26,083 bases of DNA from a virus (Duplodnaviria; Caudoviricetes), in IMG/VR virus record IMGVR_UViG_3300010376_000119, positions 1 through 26,083 of that record; one strand, 5' to 3'. The notes under the pieces were generated by a model, which was given only the letters and a program-made list of their open reading frames with translations, was not told the DNA's origin and did no database searches. A program made the position numbers and the translations under genes. Every line of letters begins with the position of its first letter. The stretch's first letter is position 1. This document shows positions 1 through 8,240 of the stretch, one piece after another.

Positions 1-443
1 CGGTGGGTGGTGGGCGCGTCGAACGGCCCGAGGACCTCGAAGCGCTCGCCGAAGCCGGTCAGCCCGGTGTTCTCCAGGTCGCCGTACTCCTGGGTCTCGA
101 GCTCGCCATAGGTGAACGATTCGAGGTTCTGATACTCGGTGCCCACGCCCACGTCGGCGATCGGCGGCAACGCCCACACCAGGTCGGGCGTGATCAACCC
201 CTGCGACGGGGCGTAGGCCTGCACGTAGCGGTGCTTGTCGGTCGCCTGCACCGCTTGCGGCCGGTACAGCGGGCGATCGATCAACTGGTCGGTCTGGGGA
301 ATGCCCGATTCGATCGGGTACGCGTGGCAGAACAACTGGCTCACCGTCGAGCCGCCCATGGCGCGCACGTCGTAACTGTCCGGACCGATGTACGGGCCGG
401 CCTCGACACTGAAGGTGGAGCGGTAATTGGCAAGTGTCGGCAT
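1..443 (-). CDS. Partial (3'-truncated by window) putative virion/tail-associated protein, MPTLANYRSTFSVEAGPYIG...; carries 3x YxxLE motif
   Basis: ATG at 443 with GGAG SD (446-449) right after the upstream stop at 450-452. Frame open to the window edge. Not in the ORF track. YQNLESFT-YGELETQE-YGDLE at 72-134. Confidence 0.75.
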   Translation of the reverse strand, partial: MPTLANYRSTFSVEAGPYIGPDSYDVRAMGGSTVSQLFCHAYPIESGIPQTDQLIDRPLYRPQAVQATDKHRYVQAYAPSQGLITPDLVWALPPIADVGVGTEYQNLESFTYGELETQEYGDLENTGLTGFGERFEVLGPFDAPTTH

Positions 444-449
444 ATCTCC

Positions 450-2096
450 TCAGGGCGTCTCCAGTGGCGGCGCCACGTCGGCCTCGGCCGGCGCGAGCTC
501 GGGCGCGTGCGCAGCCGAGGCACCCACCAGCGAGGGCGCGGGCGCGTGGGCCACGCCATTGGCCAACACCGGTGGCGTGCCGAGCCGCAGGACCACCAAT
601 CGCGGCGGTGGCAGCACGAGCCCACCCACAAGGCTCGGCGAGCTCGTGCGCGGGACCCAGCTCAGCACCGGTGGTGCGGACGGCGACCCGGTCGCCAGCG
701 CCGGCGCACGAATCGCGGGCTCGAGGTCCAGCATGGGTGCTTCGCCTGGCGGCACCGGCTCGAGCGGGACCGGGCCGCGGTGCACCGCTATCTCGACACT
801 GACCGCGGTCGAGACGCCCGCGGCGACGGTGATCAGGTACGTGTTGCCCGTCGGACGGAACACGGCCGCGAGGCTGGCGGCAAGCGCCTGGCCGAGCGCG
901 ACCACGACCTGGTAGGTGCGCGTGCCCAGACTGAAGGTCAGACTTGCCAGTTGCGACTGGGTGAGCGCGCGCTGCAGACGGACCTGGCGGAGCAACGCGA
1001 TGAGTTGTGGTTGCCCGAAGCCGACCGTCAGGCCCACCTGCTTTGTCAGAGCGAGCGTCTGCGCCTGGGTGATGCTGCGCGTAGCCAGGAAGACCTTGCG
1101 CGAACTCACGCTCAGGGCCTGCGCCTGGGTGACGCTGACGGCGCGCTGCAGCACCCGCCCGAACGCCAGCGCGCTCGCCTGCGGCTGGTTCACCCCGCGG
1201 ACGAGGCGGACCTGCTTCTGCGCGGTCAGCACCTGCGCCTGAGTGGCGATCACCGCGCGCGCGAGGAGTTGGCGCACACTCAGCGAGAGCGTCTGTGCCT
1301 GGGTCAGGCTCAGCATCCTGACCAGAGCGCGTGCGGCGCTGAGCGCCAGCGTCTGCGCCTGGCTGAGACCACGACTCAGCCGCACCTGCTTGGCGAGCGT
1401 GAGCGCCTGAGGCTGACTGAGCGTACGCACCAGCGACGCCTGCCTGGCCAGCACCAGGATTTGGGCCTGGGTGACGCCGCGGCCCAGTCCGACCTGCTTG
1501 GCCAGGGCGAGCATCTGGGCCTGGGTGAGCGCCCGTCCCAGACTGGTCTGCTTGGCCAGGGCCAGCGTCTGCGCCTGAGCGAGGCTGACCGTGCGCAGGT
1601 AGACACGCTGACTCACGAGCGCCAGGACCTGCGCCTGGCTGAAACCGCGCCCCAGACGCGCCTGCTTCACCAGCGAGAGCGTCTGCGCCTGGGCGAGCGC
1701 GAGCGTCCTGAGAAACGCCCGCGTCACGCCGAGCGCCAGCGTCTGCCCTTGCGTCAGTCCGCGGGCCAGTGCCAGGCTTCGCCGTAGCGAGAGGACCTGG
1801 GCCTGGCTGAGGCTGAGGGTGCGCAGATACACGCGTTGGCTGACGAGAGCCAGTGTCTGGAGTTGGCTCAGCCCGCGGTTCAGCCGCGCCTGCTTGACCG
1901 CGGACAATGTCTGCGCCTGGCTGAGGCCGAGCGTACGAGCGAGAAGTTGGCGCACCTGCAGCCCGACCGTTGTGGTCGGCCCGATGACGTCAGTCTCGAG
2001 ACGGTCATACGACGGCACCGCCTCGAGGTCGCTGTAGAGCAGCGTCTCGAGCGTCTGGTACTGCTTGGCCGGCAGCTGCTGCAGGTACGCGACCAC
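450..2096 (-). CDS. 548-aa repeat-rich putative fibre/structural protein (N-terminal YxxLE x3, 18 Q-x-Q repeats, Pro-rich C-terminus)
   Basis: Long ORF, GTG start 7 nt after upstream stop, tandem peptide repeats, structural-module context. Confidence 0.8.
   Translation of the reverse strand: MVAYLQQLPAKQYQTLETLLYSDLEAVPSYDRLETDVIGPTTTVGLQVRQLLARTLGLSQAQTLSAVKQARLNRGLSQLQTLALVSQRVYLRTLSLSQAQVLSLRRSLALARGLTQGQTLALGVTRAFLRTLALAQAQTLSLVKQARLGRGFSQAQVLALVSQRVYLRTVSLAQAQTLALAKQTSLGRALTQAQMLALAKQVGLGRGVTQAQILVLARQASLVRTLSQPQALTLAKQVRLSRGLSQAQTLALSAARALVRMLSLTQAQTLSLSVRQLLARAVIATQAQVLTAQKQVRLVRGVNQPQASALAFGRVLQRAVSVTQAQALSVSSRKVFLATRSITQAQTLALTKQVGLTVGFGQPQLIALLRQVRLQRALTQSQLASLTFSLGTRTYQVVVALGQALAASLAAVFRPTGNTYLITVAAGVSTAVSVEIAVHRGPVPLEPVPPGEAPMLDLEPAIRAPALATGSPSAPPVLSWVPRTSSPSLVGGLVLPPPRLVVLRLGTPPVLANGVAHAPAPSLVGASAAHAPELAPAEADVAPPLETP
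925..1922 (-). repeat. Coding tandem repeat: 18 units of 18 or 20 aa, consensus [ST]QAQ[TV]L[AS]L..(KQ.RL.RGL | ..R..LRT.SL)
   Basis: Counted by hand: 10 units of 18 aa + 7 units of 20 aa = 960 nt from 1922 to 963, plus a final TQSQ unit. Confidence 0.9.
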
Positions 2097-2103
2097 GGCT
2101 GGC

Positions 2104-2499
2104 CTAGCTGAAGGTCACCCGCGCGGTGAACTGGATCGAGTCGCCCGAGTTCAGCGCCTGGCTGAGCCCATCGAAGATGGCGTACAGGACTCCGCCAGAT
2201 GGCGGTGAGCCAGAGCCGGCCGCGTCGAAAATGCCGACATTGGTGATGGTGCGCCCCGCGGTGGCGGTGATGGTGCCGACCACCTGGTGGGTGTCGTTAG
2301 TTACCGTGACGGTCGCCTGCGTACTGGTCCCGTTGGCGCGCGCCTCGGGCGCCGGCGTGCTGAGGTCGGTGCTGGCCGCGGCACCGGCACCCGCGCCGGT
2401 ACCCCAGCCGATAAAGTGCGGCTCGGTCTGCGCGGGCGTCGCGCCGATCATGCGCCCGCTCAGGATGGCTTTGCCGACGGTGGGGACGAGTGACGCCAC
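2104..2499 (-). CDS. 131-aa beta-rich phage fibre/collar-type structural protein
   Basis: AAGGAG SD; motif pattern FIGWGTG...TITNVGIFDAA..GG.LY...LNSGDSIQFT..VTF typical of small phage tail/neck fibre subunits. Confidence 0.75.
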   Translation of the reverse strand: MASLVPTVGKAILSGRMIGATPAQTEPHFIGWGTGAGAGAAASTDLSTPAPEARANGTSTQATVTVTNDTHQVVGTITATAGRTITNVGIFDAAGSGSPPSGGVLYAIFDGLSQALNSGDSIQFTARVTFS

Positions 2500-2675
2500 T
2501 GGTCGTAGTACTCCTTGATTCTCTGGGGAAGACTGTGGTGGTCGAAGCTGCTCACTTCGCCGAGCTCCTCGACCTCACGCGCGGGACATTCCAGGTCGCA
2601 CGCCGTGTGCTGCGGGCAGGCGCGGATGAGCCTGGCGCTGAGACTGCCATGCGTCGGCTGCAGCGACTCGGTCAT
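2460..2675 (-). CDS. 71-aa hypothetical protein (C-x4-C-x3-C cluster)
   Basis: ATG 1 nt after upstream stop; fills the gap in the operon; 40-nt overlap with next gene. Confidence 0.55.
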   Translation of the reverse strand: MTESLQPTHGSLSARLIRACPQHTACDLECPAREVEELGEVSSFDHHSLPQRIKEYYDQWRHSSPPSAKPS

Positions 2676-2676
2676 C

Positions 2677-2868
2677 TCAGTTGCCGTACTTCAGGTCTTC
2701 GAGCGCGTCCAGGCTCAGCAACCGCACCAGGTCGTCGGGAATGGTCACCTTGACCACGGTCCCGTTGTCGAGTTTGCAGGTAACGATGATCTGGCCGGTG
2801 TGCACCCACAGCCCATTCGTGTGCGTCGCCAGCAGGTTCGTGGGCTGTGTCGCCGCCGGCTGCGTCAT
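2677..2868 (-). CDS. 63-aa hypothetical protein
   Basis: ATGA overlap with upstream gene; ordinary globular composition. Confidence 0.7.
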   Translation of the reverse strand: MTQPAATQPTNLLATHTNGLWVHTGQIIVTCKLDNGTVVKVTIPDDLVRLLSLDALEDLKYGN

Positions 2869-3257
2869 ACGTCGAGCACCTGTTTGCCCTTCTTTTTGAT
2901 GACGATCGACGGACGGTCCGCCGCGCCCGTCGCCACCGCGCGATCGCGCGCCAGCACCGCGTCTTCGATAGCGCGGTACGCCCGGACGTACTCGGCTTCG
3001 TCGCCAATGCCCAGCTCGTGCATCGCCTGCGCCCGCGGCATGTTGAGGAAGCGCTCGCCGTCGACGACGTCGGGGTCACCGCGCTCGAGCGGGTCCAGGC
3101 AATAGCCGTCCCTGGAGACGCGGCGGATGGTGTCCGTGAGCAGCAGCGCGTACGCGCGCTTGACCTCCTCCTCGGTCTGGCAGTACCGGCGCGCGCCCGA
3201 AATCAGCTCGATGCGGTAGTAGCCAGGGCCGAAGGTGCAGCCGGGTCGGTGGTCCAT
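2865..3257 (-). CDS. 130-aa hypothetical protein
   Basis: Tightly packed in minus-strand operon; ordinary composition. Confidence 0.75.
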   Translation of the reverse strand: MDHRPGCTFGPGYYRIELISGARRYCQTEEEVKRAYALLLTDTIRRVSRDGYCLDPLERGDPDVVDGERFLNMPRAQAMHELGIGDEAEYVRAYRAIEDAVLARDRAVATGAADRPSIVIKKKGKQVLDV

Positions 3258-3260
3258 CGC

Positions 3261-3680
3261 TCAGGTTGGCGTCACGGTCGCGTCGGCGCTCACCGCGTTC
3301 AGGCCGGTGCCCTGACTGGCCACCCGATAGTGGATCAGCACGGCACTGGTCAGCCCGCTCAGGACGACGCTGTGGGCCGTGACCCACGCCGCGGCATAGG
3401 CGGTATTGCCATACGCGGTCGTCGTGCCGTACTCGACCAGCGAGTCGCCCGGGAGCGTCGTCGTCCAGGTAATGGTCGCCGAGCCTGTGCCGGGCGTGCC
3501 GACGACGCCCGCCTGCACGGTCGCTGCTGCCTGTGGGCGCGCGCCCTTGCCAACCCCGCTCGACCCGGCACTCGCGTCGGTCGGCCAGGTCGCCGGTTTC
3601 GTATTGCCGAGGTCCGCGGCGTAGTCGACCGGCGTGTGCGTCCACAATCCGCCCGCGGCGCCCTGGCCTGCGATCGGCAT
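3261..3680 (-). CDS. 139-aa protein with C-terminal fibronectin type III-like domain (putative capsid decoration)
   Basis: SATITWTT...DSLVEYGTT.AYG...HSVVLSGLT....HYRVAS is the FN3 / purple-acid-phosphatase-N-like pattern. Confidence 0.8.
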   Translation of the reverse strand: MPIAGQGAAGGLWTHTPVDYAADLGNTKPATWPTDASAGSSGVGKGARPQAAATVQAGVVGTPGTGSATITWTTTLPGDSLVEYGTTTAYGNTAYAAAWVTAHSVVLSGLTSAVLIHYRVASQGTGLNAVSADATVTPT

Positions 3681-3683
3681 GGC

Positions 3684-3983
3684 TTATGGCGCCGGTGGCG
3701 GAGCCGGCATCGCGCCAGAGTTCGCGGTCGCCTCGGTCGTCGCCACGCCGGACGCCGGCGGCTCGGCCGAACCCGGACTGACCAGGGTGCGGAAGGCTTC
3801 GGTGTCGTCGACAGTCAGCTCGCCCTCGACCGTGAAGCCCAGCCGCAGGTACGTCTCGGCATTGGTGGCGGGACCGATGAACGTGTCGCCGTCCGGGCGC
3901 TTGTAGGTGAAGTACAGGTTGCCCGGCGGCGTGCCGAGTGGTTCCTGTTGGGCGGCCTGCGCCGCGTCCAGCCATGCGCTCAT
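3684..3983 (-). CDS. 99-aa hypothetical protein (shares Y[KR]RPDGD..Y..LGF motif with upstream gene)
   Basis: GGAGG SD, ATGA overlap with upstream stop. Confidence 0.75.
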   Translation of the reverse strand: MSAWLDAAQAAQQEPLGTPPGNLYFTYKRPDGDTFIGPATNAETYLRLGFTVEGELTVDDTEAFRTLVSPGSAEPPASGVATTEATANSGAMPAPPPAP

Positions 3984-4543
3984 GCGCGCCTCCGTGCTTC
4001 GCGGAGCGGGTCGTAGCCACGCCCACGCTGCAGTTTCGAATCGAGCTCTTCCATACTCATGTGCGTCTCGACGCCCGCCATGCGCGTGTCTGCCGCGGGC
4101 ACGGGCTCAGGCTTGTCTGGGGGCAGGCGCAGTTTGAGCCCGGTCTGCGCCTTCGCGTCCTCGAAGATCTCCTCGAGCTCCGCCGTGGTGCGCAGACTGA
4201 ACGGGTTGTCCTGGTCTTCGTCGAGCACGTACTGCGGCACGCGCTGCGCGATGCGCCGAATCATGGTGATCAGCTTCGCCCGCTTGCGCTGGCCGGCCAG
4301 GATTTCCGCCCTGACCTCGCTGGTCCACTCGCGCGCCTCCGACGGCCGCAGCATGACGAAGCCCAGGTTTTCGTACATGGTGCGGTTGTTCGGATCGCTC
4401 TGCAGTTGGACGATGTCGCCGTCGGGGCGGCGATACCACGCCAGCGGAAAGTTGTACGTCAGGCCGACCGAAGGGTTGCCCTCGATCGGCGCCGCGCGTT
4501 GCTCGAGGCGCTCGAGCAGCGACTGGCCCGTGTCCTGCGCCAT
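3980..4543 (-). CDS. 187-aa hypothetical protein directly downstream of major capsid
   Basis: ATG 1 nt after MCP stop; ordinary composition. Confidence 0.8.
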   Translation of the reverse strand: MAQDTGQSLLERLEQRAAPIEGNPSVGLTYNFPLAWYRRPDGDIVQLQSDPNNRTMYENLGFVMLRPSEAREWTSEVRAEILAGQRKRAKLITMIRRIAQRVPQYVLDEDQDNPFSLRTTAELEEIFEDAKAQTGLKLRLPPDKPEPVPAADTRMAGVETHMSMEELDSKLQRGRGYDPLREARRRA

Positions 4544-4544
4544 C

Positions 4545-5396
4545 TCAGCCGATGCCCTTGGCCCAGACGCCGAAGGTCGGCCGCATCATCTGGTGGCCGA
4601 AGATCACCTCGCTGGCCAGCTTCCAGGTGAAGTAGTCGATGTCATAGAAGAGGTGCATCTTGGGTGACCGCTGCACGATCAGCGCGAGCGCCTCACGCTG
4701 AAACGCGAAGTTGTTCGCCTGGCCACCCGCCGGCTTGACCAGGTTGGTGGTGACGAACAGGTTCATGCCGTACATGTCGCCGAGACTGCCCGTGACGGCG
4801 GGCTTCGGATTGCCGATGTACAGCGCATTCGACCAGCGATCGAGGCCGATCTTGTTCGCCTTTTCGGCCGGGCTCAGGATGAGGAACCGATCGTCGGCCG
4901 GTGCGTCGGCGTCGTCGAGATACTGGTTGGAACGGATCACATCGACGTCGGCGAGCGCGGTGCCGAGCGTGCCCACGGTCTGGGTGAAGCCGGCCACGTC
5001 GGCCGCCAGTTTGGAGTCGATGTCGCGGGCGATGGCGTAGCCCATCTTCATCTGGTACTCGTTCTGGACGTCGACGATCGACTGGACCTTGACGATGTCC
5101 TCGATGCCGACCGCGGCGTAGTCCCAGATATTCAGGGTGATCGTGGTCGCGGTCTCGGCAACGGTCTCGTACACGATCGCGGTATTTTCGGTTTTTGCCC
5201 GCGCGGCGACGTTACCCACCGAGGCCACCTTGACCGTGCGGCCGACGCTGGCGTCGTCCTCGAAGCCGCGGTTGACGCACTTGGCGAAGACCAGGTTGCT
5301 TTCGGTTGCGCGCAGGACCTGCTTGGACCAGATGTCGGGCGAGAAGACGCCGTCGGCGATCGTCTTGTCGACAAATTCACTTGCACCAGTGGCCAC
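4545..5396 (-). CDS. Major capsid protein (HK97 fold, P22-coat/T7-gp10-like), 283 aa
   Basis: PDIWSKQVL...G.TVK...ITL....YAAV.IEDI.KVQ......Y..KMGYAIARDID pattern; follows scaffold; AAAGGA SD. Confidence 0.88.
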   Translation of the reverse strand: MATGASEFVDKTIADGVFSPDIWSKQVLRATESNLVFAKCVNRGFEDDASVGRTVKVASVGNVAARAKTENTAIVYETVAETATTITLNIWDYAAVGIEDIVKVQSIVDVQNEYQMKMGYAIARDIDSKLAADVAGFTQTVGTLGTALADVDVIRSNQYLDDADAPADDRFLILSPAEKANKIGLDRWSNALYIGNPKPAVTGSLGDMYGMNLFVTTNLVKPAGGQANNFAFQREALALIVQRSPKMHLFYDIDYFTWKLASEVIFGHQMMRPTFGVWAKGIG

Positions 5397-5418
5397 TGGC
5401 TTCTATTCCTTTCGGCGT

Positions 5419-5437
5419 CTCACCCGATCTGGGTGAG
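5419..5437. promoter_or_regulatory. Stem-loop between scaffold and capsid genes
   Basis: CTCACCC-gatct-GGGTGAG perfect 7-bp inverted repeat; no U-tract. Confidence 0.45.
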
Positions 5438-5441
5438 GAGA

Positions 5442-6350
5442 TCACCGCCGCTGTTCGCGGCGCACGTCGATGCCGCGCTCGAGCCGGACGCGCACGCCCG
5501 GTCTCGGTCGGCCCTTGTCGTCGAAGTAGCGGTCGTACTCCTCGAGCGTCATGGCGGCGACCTGGGCGTCCGTGATCTCGCGGTACGTCTGGGCAGGTCC
5601 TCCGTCTAGCTCGGGCGACATCTCGCTGCCGACGGTCTGTGAAAGTTGCGCCTTGTCGAGGGCGCTCGAGCGTTTCCTGACCTCTTCCGAGACGCCGTGG
5701 CGAATCGCAGCGTCCTGGACCGCGGACAGGTAGGCCTCGTAACTGGCGTACTGTTTGCCCTGCACCTCGCGTTGCACCGCTTCGGGCAGGGATGCCTGAA
5801 AATTCCGAATGCCAGTCAGGTACGGATTGGCGTCGAGCTCCGCCTGCTGCCGCGCGAGCTGGCGCTGCTGCTCGAGGTTGGCCGCGTCGAGCTGGCCGAG
5901 GGTGTACAGGTCGCCGCGGTCGTACGCCTGCTGGCGCTCACGATCCTGGGCGACGCGCGCCTGGTCCTCGAGCATTCTGCGCGCGCGCTGATTGGCGTAG
6001 TCGCCGAGCCAGCCGCGCAGCACGTCGTCCTGCTCCATCTCGTCGCGCGGGACGTTCTTGACCAGCAACCGCAGCTTTTCGCGGGGGTCGGTCGTGGCGT
6101 CGACCGCGGACATCCATTCCGGTGTCTCGGGCGGGGTCGGCTCGGCTGGCTCGGACCCAGGCTGATCAGCCGAACCGTCCGCCACCTCGGGTGGAGTTTC
6201 CGCCGTCGGCTCTGGAGGTGGAGCGTCCGGCGGAGAGGTGCCATTGCGCCGGCGGCGCGAGCGACGTTCCTCCGTTGGCGGCTCGGCCTGGACGACGTCG
6301 AGCTCGTCGAGCAGGTCGGGGTGCGTCGAGCGCCGCAGGTCCATCGTCAC
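5442..6350 (-). CDS. Putative capsid scaffolding protein, 302 aa
   Basis: Acidic/Pro-rich N-terminus, coiled-coil middle, C-terminal MTLEEYDRY motif; immediately upstream of MCP. Confidence 0.75.
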   Translation of the reverse strand: MTMDLRRSTHPDLLDELDVVQAEPPTEERRSRRRRNGTSPPDAPPPEPTAETPPEVADGSADQPGSEPAEPTPPETPEWMSAVDATTDPREKLRLLVKNVPRDEMEQDDVLRGWLGDYANQRARRMLEDQARVAQDRERQQAYDRGDLYTLGQLDAANLEQQRQLARQQAELDANPYLTGIRNFQASLPEAVQREVQGKQYASYEAYLSAVQDAAIRHGVSEEVRKRSSALDKAQLSQTVGSEMSPELDGGPAQTYREITDAQVAAMTLEEYDRYFDDKGRPRPGVRVRLERGIDVRREQRR

Positions 6351-6505
6351 TTCGATTTGCTCGCCTTCGTCGGCCGCGATTTTCCGGCTTTGCTCATGGC
6401 AATCGCAATCGCCTGCTTCTGTGGCCGGCCCGCCTTCATCTCGGTGCGGATGTTGGTCGCTATCCCCGCCTTTGTCTTCGCGGCCTTACCGCCCAGCAGT
6501 GGCAT
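6347..6505 (-). CDS. 52-aa small basic protein MPLLGGKAAKTKAGIATNIRTEMKAGRPQKQAIAIAMSKAGKSRPTKASKSK
   Basis: ATG at 6505 inside track ORF 6347..6934; NI..EM..G.PQKQAIAIA.S motif of a recurrent phage small basic family; GTGA overlap with scaffold. Confidence 0.85.
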   Translation of the reverse strand: MPLLGGKAAKTKAGIATNIRTEMKAGRPQKQAIAIAMSKAGKSRPTKASKSK

Positions 6506-6507
6506 CG

Positions 6508-8232
6508 CTACCCCTTGATCTGGCCGAAGGTCGTCGGCGCGTTGAAGGCCGGCATGGTGTTCTTGATCTGCGCCAGCGCGTCCTGCGGGTCGAGGCCGTA
6601 CTTCTCCTGCATACCCTGCAGCACCATGTTCTGGGTGCCAGGGCTCGAGCGGTAGAACTGGACCGAGTTGAGCTTGTTGGGCGTCGGGATGGCGTTCAGC
6701 ACGTTCTGCGGGTCGTAGCTGTTGGTGGCGCCGGTGCCGCCGCGGATGTCGTCGATCGTCTGCTGCAGGTTGGCCGTATTGGGTGTACCCCAGTTCGGCG
6801 TGACCGGTTGCCCGGCGTAGCGGTACTGCTGGGTCTGGTACTGGCCGCCCGCTGGCGCGGCACCCGCGGTCGGACCCGCGGAGAACTGGCCCATTGGCGT
6901 CTGCGCCATCGGCTGGACGGCACCAGGATTCCATTGCGGTATGCCGCTCGGAAGTTGCGGGGCGCCGCCCTGACCCTGCGGTTGGAATTGCGGCGCGCTC
7001 GCCTGGCCGCCCGTGTACACGCCGCCAGCGCGAATGTCATTGAGCATCTGCTGCATGTTGCCCATGCCTGAAAAATCGGTCTGGTTGGTGGTGTTCGGCG
7101 CCTGGAAGCTGGCCACCGGCTGGCCGCCGAGCAGCCCGCCCAACTGACCAATCACCTGCGCCTGACGGAACGGGTTGGCTTGCAGCGCCGCCGCGGCGTT
7201 GATGGCGTCCAGTTGCTGGCGGTAGTACTGCTCCTGGGCGGCGAGCGTCTGCTGGCCCACCTGGGGCCCGTTCACGCCTGCCTGACCTGTCTGACCGGGC
7301 GCGCCCGGCGCGTAGTACTGACCGAACTGATTCGCGAGGTTCTGGGCCTGCGCGAAGTACTGCTGCTGCGCGGCCAGCGTCTCTTGCGGCGTACCGGCAC
7401 CGGGCGGGCCGCCGCCGGCCTGGCGGATGGCGTTATTGCTGTCCTGGACCCAGGCGTTCATCGCCGCGTTCCAGTCCGAGCCCCGCGACAGGTAGTACGC
7501 GCGCTGCACGTCGGGCGGCTGGTCGGAGAACTTGCTACCGCCCCAGTCCGTGCCCGGCGGTTGGATGGCGGTGGGCGCCTGGTACATGCCTGTCTGACCA
7601 GCCTGCGCCACCGCCTGGTTCTGCGCGGCACTGTTCAGGTTGCTATAGGTGGTGAGGCCCTGCAGCGTTTGCTGTGGCAACTGCGACGGGGGGGCACGCT
7701 CGAGCTCCAGGGCGTGTTGCGCCGACGTGGTCGCCATCGACGACAGGTCGCCGTTCCAGCCCATGGCGCGCGCCTGGGTGGTGCTGACGCGCTGCAGTTG
7801 GCCGCTGGGCAGCACGTAGCTGATCTGGGTGTCGCCATACTGGTTGGTGTCGTACGTGCCCGGATCAAGTCGCACGAACGTGCCAGGCGAAAACTCGGAC
7901 TGGGACGGCGCGGCGTACCAGCCCGTGAGGCCGGCGCCCGCCTGGGCGGTCGAAGCGGCGCCCTGGATCTGCGACAGGGTCTGGCCGACGTCGGGACCCG
8001 TGTAGCCAGGGATGTAGCCGATGCTGCCGAACTGCTGGCCCGCGGCGAGCGTCGAGGCGCCGATCGGCGCCGGCTGCCCAGGCCCCCAGTTCTGGCCGTA
8101 CAACTGGGCCACGTTGTTGGCGTAGCTCAGGTTGTACTCGCGGATCGCCTCCTGGACGTTCTGCATGTTGCCCGAGGCGACCGCGCCCGAGAGCTGATCG
8201 ATAAAGGCGGCGAGTTGTGGATTGTCAGGCAT
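6508..8232 (-). CDS. ~574-aa Q/G/A/Y-rich low-complexity protein, putative DNA-ejection (internal virion) protein
   Basis: Long ORF, few charged residues, internal repeats (TLAAQ.QY x2; N[ML]QQ...DIR.G x2); ATG at 8232. Confidence 0.7.
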   Translation of the reverse strand: MPDNPQLAAFIDQLSGAVASGNMQNVQEAIREYNLSYANNVAQLYGQNWGPGQPAPIGASTLAAGQQFGSIGYIPGYTGPDVGQTLSQIQGAASTAQAGAGLTGWYAAPSQSEFSPGTFVRLDPGTYDTNQYGDTQISYVLPSGQLQRVSTTQARAMGWNGDLSSMATTSAQHALELERAPPSQLPQQTLQGLTTYSNLNSAAQNQAVAQAGQTGMYQAPTAIQPPGTDWGGSKFSDQPPDVQRAYYLSRGSDWNAAMNAWVQDSNNAIRQAGGGPPGAGTPQETLAAQQQYFAQAQNLANQFGQYYAPGAPGQTGQAGVNGPQVGQQTLAAQEQYYRQQLDAINAAAALQANPFRQAQVIGQLGGLLGGQPVASFQAPNTTNQTDFSGMGNMQQMLNDIRAGGVYTGGQASAPQFQPQGQGGAPQLPSGIPQWNPGAVQPMAQTPMGQFSAGPTAGAAPAGGQYQTQQYRYAGQPVTPNWGTPNTANLQQTIDDIRGGTGATNSYDPQNVLNAIPTPNKLNSVQFYRSSPGTQNMVLQGMQEKYGLDPQDALAQIKNTMPAFNAPTTFGQIKG

Positions 8233-8240
8233 CAATCAAC

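Noticed and set aside
3-1787. 594-aa plus-strand ORF
   Set aside because: Antisense shadow of two minus-strand genes in high-GC repetitive DNA; R/H/G-rich with no motif or SD
925-1922. Possible CRISPR array or DGR template/variable repeat pair
   Set aside because: Repeats are degenerate, in-frame coding units with no unique spacers, no adenine-specific variation pattern, and no RT or cas gene in the window
4530-4560. Programmed frameshift/readthrough extending the capsid protein
   Set aside because: No slippery heptamer seen before the TGA; next gene has its own ATG 1 nt later
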